This document shows positions 48,348 through 58,145 of a DNA stretch of 64,000 nucleotides, one piece after another; positions within the stretch are counted from its first letter, which is position 1; each line of letters opens with the position of its first letter. The notes below the pieces were generated by a model, which ran no database searches, was not told the origin of the DNA, and was given only the letters and a program-made list of their open reading frames with translations. The DNA lies in contig SHYW01000001.1 of assembly GCA_009692615.1 (NCBI GenBank), positions 14,348 through 78,347 of the forward strand, given 5' to 3'. A program made the translations under genes and the position numbers. Source of the stretch: Deltaproteobacteria bacterium. Its GTDB lineage: Bacteria; Desulfobacterota; Binatia; UBA9968.

Positions 48348-48675
48348 GATATTCCCTCCACAGTTTTTTGGCCTGCGCGATATCGCGCTTCTGCGAACCT
48401 TTGTCGCCGCCGCAGAGCAGCACAACCAAAAACAATCCATCAGGGCCGAAGTACACCCGGTATCCTGGGCCAAAGGCAATGCGCAATTCATGGACGCCGT
48501 CGCCGATGCTTTTGGAGTCTCCCAGGTTTCCGAGGCGAACACGGTCGAGTCGTGCGCGAATGGTGGCTCGCGCCTTTATGTCCTTGAGCTGATTTAGCCA
48601 ATCGAGAAACGGTATTTTTCCATCGATTGCCTCATAGATGAGAAGCTGCCGTTCCACGCGTGAATCGTAGCTCAA
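48322..48675 (-). CDS. Type II TA system RelE/ParE-superfamily toxin (addiction module killer protein, HigB-like)
   Basis: KIPFLDWLNQLKDIKARATIRARLDRVRLGNLGDSKSIGDGVHELRIAFGPGYRVYF is typical of TIGR02683. Toxin-first gene order. Confidence 0.75.
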   Translation of the reverse strand: MSYDSRVERQLLIYEAIDGKIPFLDWLNQLKDIKARATIRARLDRVRLGNLGDSKSIGDGVHELRIAFGPGYRVYFGPDGLFLVVLLCGGDKGSQKRDIAQAKKLWREYHADKKLSK

Positions 48676-48753
48676 AAGCTACTACGCTGCAATCTGCGAT
48701 CTTGAGTAGAACATGTTGCTTTGCGAAATCGCTGGCGGTCGAGCCGTACGCTA

Positions 48754-49920
48754 CTAACCTTTATGTGCGCGAATGATATTTTGCCCCAGGCGCCAGCGCA
48801 GCACTTCGTTGGCGCCTTCGGTGATGCGGGTGCTGCGGATTTGGCGGTACCACCATTCGAGCGGCAGTTCCTTCATCAAACCCAAACCGCCGTGCACTTG
48901 GATCGAGCGGTCGACGACGCGGCTAGCCATTTCAGTCGCCATGACTTTGACCATGTAGGAGAGATCGCGCACGTCTTCGCCGCGGTCGACGCGCCAGGCG
49001 CATTCGTAGACCATGTTGCGCACGGCGTGAATCTCCATGGCCGAGTCGGCGATCATGAATTGAATCGCTTGGCGCTCGGATAGCGGCTTGCCGAAGGTGA
49101 CGCGCACTTTGGAACACTCGATCATCATGTCGAGGGCGCGCGAGGCGATACCGACGGGGCGGGCGCCGTGGCCGCGGATGCGTCCTTCGCCGATCCATTT
49201 TTGCGCGATGGAAAAGCCGCCGCCGATCTCGCCGATCAGGTTGTTCGCCGGCACGCGGACGTTTTCGAAATACAATTGCCATGGTGCTTCACCCATCATC
49301 GCTGGCCATTGGCGCTCGAGATTGACGCCGGGGCTTTTCAAATCCACCGCGAAGCAGCTGATGCCGCCGCGCGCTTTCTTCTCCGGGTCGGTGACCGCCA
49401 TCAGTTGCACGTAGTCGGCGCGGCCGGCCGCGGTAATAAATCTCTTGGTGCCGTTAATAATAAAATCATCGCCATCGCGTACCGCACGGGTGCGCATGTT
49501 GGCCGGGTCGCTGCCGGCGTCGGGTTCGGTTTGGGCGAAGCAGAACTTCATCTCGCCGCGCAGCACCGGTTTTAAAAACCGTTCCTTCTGTTCGTCGCTG
49601 CAATAAAATAATACCGGCCGCACCTCCGGTCCGAATAATTCTAGACTGCGAAATGGCAGAGAAGCGGCGCGGGCGATCTCTTCGTGAATCACGCAGCGCG
49701 GCAACAATCCCAGGCCGGCGCCGCCATATTCCTCCGGTACGTCGAGCATCCACAAGCCCATCGCCTTGGCTTTTTCCTGCAATGGCTTGAGCAGATGATC
49801 GGGCATGGGCCCTTCGCTGTCGTGGCGGTACTCGCGTTCCAGCGGGATCAGATCTTTGTCGACGAACTTGCGCACGGTGGCGCGCAGGATTTGGATTTCT
49901 TCGGGTAAGTTGAAGTCCAT
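48754..49920 (-). CDS. Acyl-CoA dehydrogenase family protein
   Basis: N-terminal helical, middle beta-sheet (FITAAG..) and C-terminal four-helix domains. Catalytic Glu region near the C-terminus. Confidence 0.9.
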   Translation of the reverse strand: MDFNLPEEIQILRATVRKFVDKDLIPLEREYRHDSEGPMPDHLLKPLQEKAKAMGLWMLDVPEEYGGAGLGLLPRCVIHEEIARAASLPFRSLELFGPEVRPVLFYCSDEQKERFLKPVLRGEMKFCFAQTEPDAGSDPANMRTRAVRDGDDFIINGTKRFITAAGRADYVQLMAVTDPEKKARGGISCFAVDLKSPGVNLERQWPAMMGEAPWQLYFENVRVPANNLIGEIGGGFSIAQKWIGEGRIRGHGARPVGIASRALDMMIECSKVRVTFGKPLSERQAIQFMIADSAMEIHAVRNMVYECAWRVDRGEDVRDLSYMVKVMATEMASRVVDRSIQVHGGLGLMKELPLEWWYRQIRSTRITEGANEVLRWRLGQNIIRAHKG

Positions 49921-49976
49921 GTCTGCTCTCCGTTAAATGTTCCTTTTGTGACTGTACATTCGTCCTTAATCACCTC

Positions 49977-50070
49977 CGTCATGCCGGCGCAGGCCGGCAT
50001 CCAGGTTAAGTATAAATGCGACGGGTGACAAACCTGGATTCCCGCCTACGCGGGAATGACGGAATGACGG
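49977..50070. repeat. Inverted pair of VIPAQAGIQ-type repeats (CCGTCATKCCGGCGCAGGCCGGMATCCAG)
   Basis: 49977..50006 CCGTCATGCCGGCGCAGGCCGGCATCCAGG and 50032..50061 CCTGGATTCCCGCCTACGCGGGAATGACGG in opposite orientation, followed by a partial tandem AATGACGG. Between the acyl-CoA dehydrogenase and FAH genes. Confidence 0.7.
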
Positions 50071-50080
50071 AAACAAGATT

Positions 50081-51028
50081 CTAGTCGCTCGCGACAATTT
50101 TATTCGACAGCGCGCCGATCTTGGACGACGACACTTCGACGGTGTCGCCGACTTTCAAGAACAGATCGAGGGGCCGTTTGCCTTCGGCGCTGCGGCGCGA
50201 TTTATCCGCCGCGGTTCCGGCCGAGGTGCCGCCGGCGATGACGTCGCCGGGGACGAAGGTGAAATCTTGAGATAAATATTCCAACACTTCGCCGAAGTTC
50301 CAGATCATCTCGCTAGTGCTGTAGCTCTGACGCACCACGCCATTGATTCGCGTCTCGACGTCGACTTCTTGCTGGCCGGTTTCGCCGACGACGATGCACG
50401 GACCCATGGATGCGGCGCCGTCGAAGTTCTTTTGCAAATTATAGCTTACCGCGCGGTCGGTGCCGCCGCCGTCGCGAATCGACCAGTCGTGGAATAATGT
50501 CACGCCCCAGACATAGTCATTTACTTTGGCGGCGGAAATATTTTTGCCGCGCTTGCCGATGACGATTGCGACCTCGCCTTCATAGTCGAAATAAGTCACG
50601 CGCTTGGGAAATGGAATCTCGCCGCCCGGTCCGGCGACTTCGGCGGGAACTTTCCAAAATCCCCACTGGCCGGCCTTCTTCGCTTCCGCTGCGACTTCCT
50701 CGACGGTGATGTCGGTCTTGCCCAAGCGGTTAGCCCACATGCCGAGCAGATGATTGGCGTAGTTGCCGCCGACGCAAGCGATGCGCCGCTCGGGCCAGGG
50801 CGCGTGCAACTGAACGGCATTCAAAGCTTGGACAACACCATCACCGCCCGGCGCAGTATTACTGAACCGTTCGACGACCTGTTTGGCTTCCGCTAAGGCG
50901 GGTGCTCCAGCTTCGATAAAATCTAACAGCCGCGTCGGCAATTGCGACGAGCCGCGATTGAGATCGATGACGCGGTCATCCAACAAAGCGCCGACGCGCC
51001 GTTGCGGACCGAATACTACGATTTTCAT
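50081..51028 (-). CDS. Fumarylacetoacetate hydrolase (FAH) family protein
   Basis: MKIVVFGPQRRVGALLDDRVIDL N-terminus plus the FAH C-terminal fold with a metal-binding Glu/Asp pattern. Confidence 0.85.
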   Translation of the reverse strand: MKIVVFGPQRRVGALLDDRVIDLNRGSSQLPTRLLDFIEAGAPALAEAKQVVERFSNTAPGGDGVVQALNAVQLHAPWPERRIACVGGNYANHLLGMWANRLGKTDITVEEVAAEAKKAGQWGFWKVPAEVAGPGGEIPFPKRVTYFDYEGEVAIVIGKRGKNISAAKVNDYVWGVTLFHDWSIRDGGGTDRAVSYNLQKNFDGAASMGPCIVVGETGQQEVDVETRINGVVRQSYSTSEMIWNFGEVLEYLSQDFTFVPGDVIAGGTSAGTAADKSRRSAEGKRPLDLFLKVGDTVEVSSSKIGALSNKIVASD

Positions 51029-51183
51029 TTTCTCGCCTCCAAATTATTTCCGTGTGGATTGGCGTAACATCTCGGTCGGCTTTGGGTCAAGCGGTCGAAC
51101 ATCTTCGAATTAGGAGGTTGGCCGCACCCTTCGACCGGCTCAGGGCGATCGGGATGCAAAGGTCGCAAAGAACGTTCGGGATT

Positions 51184-51210
51184 GCAGGGGCGACCGGCTG
51201 GTCGCCCTGC
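51184..51210. repeat. GGGGCG-stem palindrome (GCAGGGGCGACCGGCTGGTCGCCCTGC) preceded by CGCAAAGAACGTTCGGGA
   Basis: Same composite layout as the 18082..18182 element (octamer + TTCGGRA + GGGGCG hairpin). In the divergent promoter region. Confidence 0.6.
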
Positions 51211-51303
51211 CGATGCATTTTTGCTCGCTGCGTGTAGCGCTATCTGTTATGCTCGCGCGGTCTCCAAGTCCGCAGCATTGCCAATGATTCAGGAGGTGCC
51301 GTT

Positions 51304-52314
51304 GTGAGGGGAAATCCTGTCGTCCGCTTTTTGTTGATTTGGCGAGTTGTGAGTTTTTTTCTTTGGCTGTGGATGGGAACCGGCCTCGCCGCCGATAAGC
51401 TTGTCGGTTTTTATTCGGCGCGCACCATGTCGCAAGCGATGCCGTGGATCGCCGAGGAAGCCGGGCTGTTTCGCAAGTACGATTTGGATTTTCAGCTGCT
51501 TTACATTTCTTCCGCTCAAATGGTCACTGCCGCGATGCTCGGCGGCGACGCCCAGGTGGCGATCAGCGGCGGCGAAGCGATCGTGCGCGCGGTGGCCCAG
51601 GGCGCGAGCGATTTAGTTATTATCGCCAGCGCCAAGAATACGCTCACGCACAGCATTCTCGCCAAGCCGGAAATCAAGCGGCCGCAAGATTTAAAAGGCC
51701 GGCGCTTCGGTTTGTCGCGTCTCGGCAGCAACTCGCACTATTTCGTCGTGCAGGCGCTACGGCAATTCGGTATGGAGCCCAGCGATGTGAATATCATTCA
51801 GACCGGCGGCCAGGTGGAAAATCTTGCCGCCTTGTTCGGCGGCGCGGTGGATGCCGCGACGATGACCGGACCGTCGGGCGGGGCGCGGGCGTTGGCCTAA
51901 GGTTTTCGTTACGTCGTCTACGGTCCCGATCTACGCATTCCGTTCGCGGCGGCGACGCTGATCACGCGCCGGTCGATCTTGAATGCCCGCGGGCCGGTGA
52001 TCGAAAAATTCGTCCGCGCCTGCGCCGAAGCGATGAAACTCATGTTCACGGACAAAGAGCTGACTTACAAAGTCTTGGGCAAACAGCTGCGCATCACGGA
52101 CCGCAAAGTCTTGGACAGCGCCTATGACGAAGAGATAAAGGCGTTAGAGCCGCGCTTGGAATTCAAGCTAGAAGCGCTGCAGGCGATCATCGACGAGACC
52201 GCTAAGACCGACGCGCGGGTGAGAAAAATCAAGCCGATGGACCTGATCGACCGGCGCTATTTAGATTCGTTCAATAAGAGCGGATTCTTCGACAAGCTGT
52301 GGGCGGGGAAGTGA
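51304..52314 (+). pseudogene. NMT1/SsuA-family ABC substrate-binding protein interrupted by a single in-frame TAA
   Basis: ORFs 51304..51900 and 51979..52314 share a frame. Translation across the gap gives ...ALA*GFRYVVYGPDLRIPFAAATLITRRSILNARGPV, collinear with paralog 22035..23024 (..QVASRGYRYVVNGFDLKIPYAATCVVTLRSLINKRGPV..). GTG start after GGAGG. Confidence 0.65.
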
Positions 52315-52382
52315 ATCAAGCGATGAGGGTACTTGTCTCGCGAGGTTGTCCCCACCGATGCGGTTCTCTTCGCTCGCCGCAT

Positions 52383-52523
52383 CCTAACAGGCTGCTGAAA
52401 AAAGTGGAACATGCTTCGACAAGCTCAGCATGAATGGATTTTCTCTCAATGATTTCAATCTCCGATCCGTTCGTCCTGAGCTTGTCGAAGGACTCCGAAG
52501 GGTTTTTCAGCATCCTGCTAAGG
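52383..52523. repeat. MITE-like nested inverted repeat of the FDKLRTNG type
   Basis: Outer arms CCTAACAGGCTGCTGAAAAA / TTTTTCAGCATCCTGCTAAGG. Inner arms CTTCGACAAGCTCAGCATGAATGG / CCGTTCGTCCTGAGCTTGTCGAAGG. Produces the spurious ORF 52316..52513 containing SFDKLRTNG. Confidence 0.7.
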
Positions 52524-52524
52524 A

Positions 52525-53574
52525 CTAATTTGCCAGCATTTTGTTGACCCGCTCGGTGACTTCCTTGGGTTGGTCCATGACCTTTTTGATCAGCGTTTCC
52601 AGTTCGTCGCCGGGAGTCGGATCGACGTCCATTTTGGCTTTCTCGGTTTCCTTGAGCAGCTCGGTGTCTTTGAGCGCGTTGGCATAGGCGTCGCGCAGGA
52701 TTCTGATCCGGTCCACAGCGGTTCCCGGTATCGTTAGCATGGGCCGGCCCAACTCGCCGCCGGTCATGATCACATGTGCCACGCGCCGGCTGACCTCGGC
52801 GGATTTATATTCCTCGAACAATTCGTAGATGGTTGGCGTGTCAGGTAAGCGGGAGTCCCGTTTGCCGCCGGTCTGAACGATGTGGCGGTCGAAATCTTTG
52901 CGGTGCCAGCTATTGAAGGGCTCGCGGCCGAAGTGGGCGGAGATGTTGTGGGCGCGGCAAACCACCTCGCCTTTTTCCACGGCGAGATCGATTTCGGCGC
53001 CGCCCGGATAACCGATTACGTTATTGAATTTTGCGCCGATCGCATCCTCGAGCAGCTTTCCCAGCAAATAGTCGGTGCTGACGGTTCCTGACGAGCCGCA
53101 TTTCGGCGGCTCTTTCGCCTTGATGATATCTTTGATCGATTTATAGGGCGCGTCGCTGCGCATGTAGAGCAGCACGGTTTCACTGGCCGGCGAGCCGATC
53201 CAGGCGAACTTGCGGACATCGAACTGGACTTCTTTGCGCCCAACCAGCTGGTCCATGTAAATGTTGTACTGGACCATGCCGAGAGTGAGACCGTCGGGTT
53301 TGGCGACGTTGTAGACATAGTTCGCCGCCACCAGTGAGCCGGCGCCGGGCATGTTCTGGACGACAATTTCGGGGTTGCCAGCAATATACTTGGGCATGTA
53401 TTTGGCGAAGATGCGCGCCCAGCGATCGTAAAATCCACCCGGGGTCGAGCCCACTACCAGGCGAATGGATTTGCCTTTGTAGAACGGTTCCTGCGCCGAA
53501 AGGCGGCCGGCAAATACGAAATGGCAAAGAGAAGCAAACATGACGAACAGTAAGCCGACAGCAAGTTTCTTCAT
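52525..53574 (-). CDS. Tripartite tricarboxylate transporter substrate-binding protein (Bug/TctC family)
   Basis: Signal peptide; KSIRLVVGSTPGGFYDRWARI and MPGAGSLVAANYV. Paralog of 14495..15541. Confidence 0.8.
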   Translation of the reverse strand: MKKLAVGLLFVMFASLCHFVFAGRLSAQEPFYKGKSIRLVVGSTPGGFYDRWARIFAKYMPKYIAGNPEIVVQNMPGAGSLVAANYVYNVAKPDGLTLGMVQYNIYMDQLVGRKEVQFDVRKFAWIGSPASETVLLYMRSDAPYKSIKDIIKAKEPPKCGSSGTVSTDYLLGKLLEDAIGAKFNNVIGYPGGAEIDLAVEKGEVVCRAHNISAHFGREPFNSWHRKDFDRHIVQTGGKRDSRLPDTPTIYELFEEYKSAEVSRRVAHVIMTGGELGRPMLTIPGTAVDRIRILRDAYANALKDTELLKETEKAKMDVDPTPGDELETLIKKVMDQPKEVTERVNKMLAN

Positions 53575-53607
53575 GACACCTCCAAAATCAGATTCATGCC
53601 GAGAAGT

Positions 53608-54735
53608 TTATTTCACTTTGTATTCCCTTGCCGCGTCCTCGTTGATTTCGAGACCGAGCCCTGGGGTCTCGCTCAAGCTGATCCAATTATCGGTCAGCTT
53701 CGGCAGGTTTTTATAAACCACATTGGCCGTCAGCCAGTTGTTGACGTGAATTTCGGCGCGCCAACCGTTGGGCACCGCGGCTTGTAAATGAAAGTCGAAA
53801 TGATCGCCGTTGCCAATCGGCAGATTGAACGCGTGGGCGAGACCGGCGGCCTTCATGCCCATGGTAAAGCCGCCGACGGAGAGCACGTGGATGTTCAAAA
53901 AATCGACGGCATCCTGCTTGACCAAGTCGGCGAGTTTGAAAAAGTTCTCCCACTGTCCGGCGGCGATCGGGATGCTGGTCTGCTTGCGCAATTGCGCGAG
54001 TAGATGCGGATCGTTGTGCACGATCGGCTCTTCGAACCACATGAGATTGTACGGCTCGAAGCGCTTGCACCAGCGCACCGCGGCATCGAGCTTCATCAAA
54101 CAGTTGGCGTCGACCATTAACTCGACATCATCGCCGACGGCGTCGCGCACGGCTTTTACGCGGGCTTCATCTTCGGCCGGATTATCTTCGCGATGCTCGC
54201 CGCTGGCGCCCGAAGGGTCCATGGCGCCGCGAATGTTGGATCGTCCCACTTGAATCTTGAGCCGCGTCTGCCCGTTGGCGAGCCAATGCTTTGCCGCGGC
54301 GGCAAGCTCGTCGCGGCTATAAGCGCGCAGGCCGAAGGTGATGTAGGCTGGAATCGATTTCTGCGCGCCGCCGAGCAGGCGCCACACCGGCGCATTGTAA
54401 AATTTGCCCTTGATGTCCCACAGCGCGACGTCGATGGCGCTCACGGCGAAGCTCCACACGCCGGCGTGGGCGCGGGTGTTAAACTTCCACAGCATCTGAT
54501 GCATCAAGCGCTCGTTCTCCAACGGGTCCTGGCCTTTCAGAAACGGCAAAAGCTCATGCTGGATTGCCGCCGCGGTGGCGGAATGCATGAAGCCGCCGAA
54601 CTGTGAAATGCCGACGAGGCCATCGTCGGTTTTGACTTTCAGCAAGCGCACCGCGGTGTGTAGCGGTTGCTTGAACAAAGGCGGCGTGACCGGGATATTT
54701 TGCAGCTCGATGATTTCGATATCGGCGATCTTCAT
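53608..54735 (-). CDS. Mandelate racemase/muconate lactonizing enzyme family protein (enolase superfamily)
   Basis: Capping domain plus TIM barrel with metal ligands (..LMVDANC.., ..FEEP.., ..AAGQWE..). Catalytic K-x-K region (LKIQVGR). Confidence 0.85.
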   Translation of the reverse strand: MKIADIEIIELQNIPVTPPLFKQPLHTAVRLLKVKTDDGLVGISQFGGFMHSATAAAIQHELLPFLKGQDPLENERLMHQMLWKFNTRAHAGVWSFAVSAIDVALWDIKGKFYNAPVWRLLGGAQKSIPAYITFGLRAYSRDELAAAAKHWLANGQTRLKIQVGRSNIRGAMDPSGASGEHREDNPAEDEARVKAVRDAVGDDVELMVDANCLMKLDAAVRWCKRFEPYNLMWFEEPIVHNDPHLLAQLRKQTSIPIAAGQWENFFKLADLVKQDAVDFLNIHVLSVGGFTMGMKAAGLAHAFNLPIGNGDHFDFHLQAAVPNGWRAEIHVNNWLTANVVYKNLPKLTDNWISLSETPGLGLEINEDAAREYKVK

Positions 54736-54830
54736 GATGGCGCTCCTGATGGTTTAAAAATACAAAAAATTTATAATCGGGCCATACGGCTTTTTTGGCT
54801 AGGATTTAGTTTGTCGTCGTTCTTTCCTTT

Positions 54831-55259
54831 TCAACGCTTCGACGTCGGCCAGGTCTTGCGTCCGTGCGGCCGCGAGTTTTTTTTTATCAAGTGTTCTCTG
54901 GAGAGTACGGAGACCGGTTGATCGGCGAACTTCGAAATCAACCGGCCAGCCCAAGCTTCGGCGAACTGGACACCGTCGATTACGGTCAAGACGTCGATGC
55001 GTATGGGTTCAACGCCGATCTGAAAAATGAGGCCAGGTGTCGAATGGTCTTTCTCCGTCAGGTCATGCAACGGGGCGCCGAAGGCGCGGAGAGCTTCGAT
55101 GACTCGCGTCGCGTTTTCAGGGGAAGGACGGACCCAAACGTCGAGGTCTTGGGTGGCGCGGACATGACCATGCGCGGCCAAGGCGTGAGCACCGACGAGG
55201 AGAAATTCAACTTGCCGGCCGTTGAATTCTGCTAATAGATCTCTGAAGTCTTCGTTCAT
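54831..55259 (-). CDS. Nucleotidyltransferase-fold protein (MNT/DUF6036-like), possible TA component
   Basis: EFLLVGAHALAAHGHVRATQDLDVWV resembles the minimal nucleotidyltransferase of MNT-type antitoxins. Overlaps a 71-aa upstream ORF by ~50 bp. Confidence 0.45.
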   Translation of the reverse strand: MNEDFRDLLAEFNGRQVEFLLVGAHALAAHGHVRATQDLDVWVRPSPENATRVIEALRAFGAPLHDLTEKDHSTPGLIFQIGVEPIRIDVLTVIDGVQFAEAWAGRLISKFADQPVSVLSREHLIKKNSRPHGRKTWPTSKR

Positions 55260-55422
55260 GGACGTGGGCCGGTTGCCAAGCTAGGCAGAGCAGAGTCAAT
55301 TCCCAAACAGCGTTGATCCGCTCTTCGGGCGTAGCGTTATCCCAATGTTGCTCGTCGGGGACGGCAGCTCCGGGCCGTATGATGCGGGTAGTGATCTTCT
55401 TGCGTCCGTCCGGTTGGTTCAT
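55207..55422 (-). CDS. Small hypothetical protein upstream of and overlapping the NTase-like gene
   Basis: 71 aa, no recognised domain. Coding status is uncertain. Confidence 0.3.
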   Translation of the reverse strand: MNQPDGRKKITTRIIRPGAAVPDEQHWDNATPEERINAVWELTLLCLAWQPAHVHERRLQRSISRIQRPAS

Positions 55423-55542
55423 ACAGCGAGTTTATAGCACATTCCAAAAGGCACTTCTGCTCACTGCTCCGTTTTCTCGATCCACACTTTCGCGCCCCAT
55501 TCTTATACCCTCCCTTTGGGAGAGGGCTAGGGTGAGCGCACC

Positions 55543-56534
55543 TCACCTGATAATCTTAGTCCCCCGCGCCAGCACGTCGGTGTTGATGGTCACGCCGATC
55601 TTGTTTGCCGTCTGCAGGTTGATCACGAACTCAAACCTCATCGGCTGCTGCACCGGTAGTTCGGCGGGCTTGGTACCTTTTAAAATCTTGTCCACGTACC
55701 AGGCGATCTGACGGTGAGTTTCATCGAGGTCCGCTGCGTAGGACATCAGCCCGCCCGCTTCTACATCAAGTTTACTGCCGTACATCGACGGTAACCGGGA
55801 CTTTAACGCAAAGTTCGCGATACGTTTTCCGTTAGCCCCGAATAGCCCGCCCTGGAGCACGTAGAGTCCATCCGGGCGCTGCTTACTCATCGCGGCGAAA
55901 ACTTTCTCGAAATCGTCGACGCCTCGTACCTCCCAAGGCTGAAGAGTCAACTTCAGCGCACGCGCCACGTCTGGGAAATCCTTTTTCAGCAGGCGTTCAC
56001 TGGTGGATTGGCCGGTTCATAGAGAACCGCGACACGTTGAAGTTTTGGCAGCGCTTCTTTGAAGATTTCCAGCCTTTTGCTGGCTAGGTTTGTGCTAAGG
56101 TGGGCAATGCCCGTAACGTTGCCGCCGGGACGGGCAAGGCTTTTAATCAGACCAGAGTCGACTGGATCGAGTCCACCGCCCGTCATTACGATGGGAATCG
56201 TCTTGGTCGCTTCCATAACGGCCCGGATCCATTGGTACGCTCCAGCGACCACGATGACATCACAGTTGAGAGCGACTAACTCGGACGCAAGCTTGGGGGC
56301 TCGATCGAGGTTTGCCTCACCATATCGGTAGTCAATCGAGATGTTTTGTCCTTCCACATAACCTAGCTCGCGCAGTCGCTTACCGACTGCCTCGGAACGG
56401 GCGGACTCAGCAGATGGATAGGTGTTCGAAAGATACCCGATCCGGAAAAGTTTTTTTGGCTGCTGCGCGTGGGCGAGCGAAGCAGTAGTCAGAAACAAAG
56501 TTGCCAGTCGCCGGACGGCGGTTCTTCTGTTCAT
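55543..56534 (-). pseudogene. ABC_sub_bind (PF04392) substrate-binding protein disrupted by a frameshift
   Basis: The N-terminal ORF 55986..56534 (signal peptide..RVAVLYEPANPPVNAC*) and C-terminal ORF 55543..55968 are collinear with paralog 20126..21133 but in different frames. The switch lies at a T5/A5 homopolymer around 55982..55992; the alternative frame continues LLKKDFPDVARALKL. Confidence 0.6.
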
Positions 56535-56706
56535 TTTTTCCCCTCAGATATTCAAGGACGAATTCGCTGCCGTCCTGTCGTTATTCCTGCGTTATCGTCA
56601 CCTGGATTTTCGCTCCATGATGTATTTCTTTTATCCCTGACAGACATTAATCCGAGTGATTCACCATGAGCAAGTGCAAAATTTCTCAAACGTGCAGCGA
56701 AAACAA

Positions 56707-57416
56707 CTATAACCCCAGATACGCCTTCCGCACGCGTTCGTCGCGCAACAATTCTCTGCCGCTCCCAGACATAACGATGCGGCCGTTCTCCATCACGTAA
56801 GCCTGCTGCGCCAATTTAAGCGACAGCGCGACGTTCTGTTCGACCAATAAGATCGTTGCGCCTTTTTCATTGAGCGTGCGAATCGCGTGCAGCATGTCGC
56901 GGGCGACGTTGGGCGCCAGTCCGAGGGACGGTTCGTCGAACAGGATCAGCTCGGGACGGCCCATTAAGCAGCGCGCGATGGCGAGCATCTGCTGTTCGCC
57001 GCCCGACAGCGTACCGGCGAGTTGTTCGCGTCGTTCGGCGAGTTTTGGGAAGAGGGCGAAGACTTCGTGGAAGGACTGCTGTAGCTTCCCGCGTGCGCGC
57101 GTGAGCAGCGCGCCGGTCAGCAAGTTTTCCTGCGTCGTTAGTGAAGGAAACAATTGGCGGCCTTCGGCGACTTGGCCGATGCCCAGCTCGCAAATTTCGT
57201 GGGAGTCGAGGCCGGTGATGTCCTCGTCGGCAAAACGAATTACGCCCGCGCGCGGGCGCTCGATGCCGGCGATGGCGCGGATCAAAGAAGTTTTCCCCCC
57301 GCCGTTGGCACCGACGATGGCGACGATTTCACCGGCAGCGATTTCCAACGACACATCGTCGAGCGCTTGGGCGTCGGCGTAGAACAGATCGAGATTTTTC
57401 ACTTCGAGCAGCGCGC

Positions 57417-57420
<4 letters not shown>
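56707..57420 (-). CDS. livF: Branched-chain amino acid ABC transporter ATP-binding protein LivF
   Basis: Walker A GANGGGKTS, LSGGEQQMLAIARCL, LivF-type length (237 aa). Confidence 0.85.

Positions 57421-58141
<721 letters not shown>

Positions 58142-58145
<4 letters not shown>

Noticed and set aside
19711-51900. Possibility that TAA/TAG are reassigned sense codons
   Set aside because: Well-conserved genes in the window terminate at TAA (ruvA), TAG (yebC, ruvC) and TGA (ruvB) at the expected protein ends. The in-frame stops are confined to one gene class.
52316-52513. 65-aa ORF containing SFDKLRTNG
   Set aside because: Lies inside the nested inverted-repeat MITE. A known spurious peptide signature.
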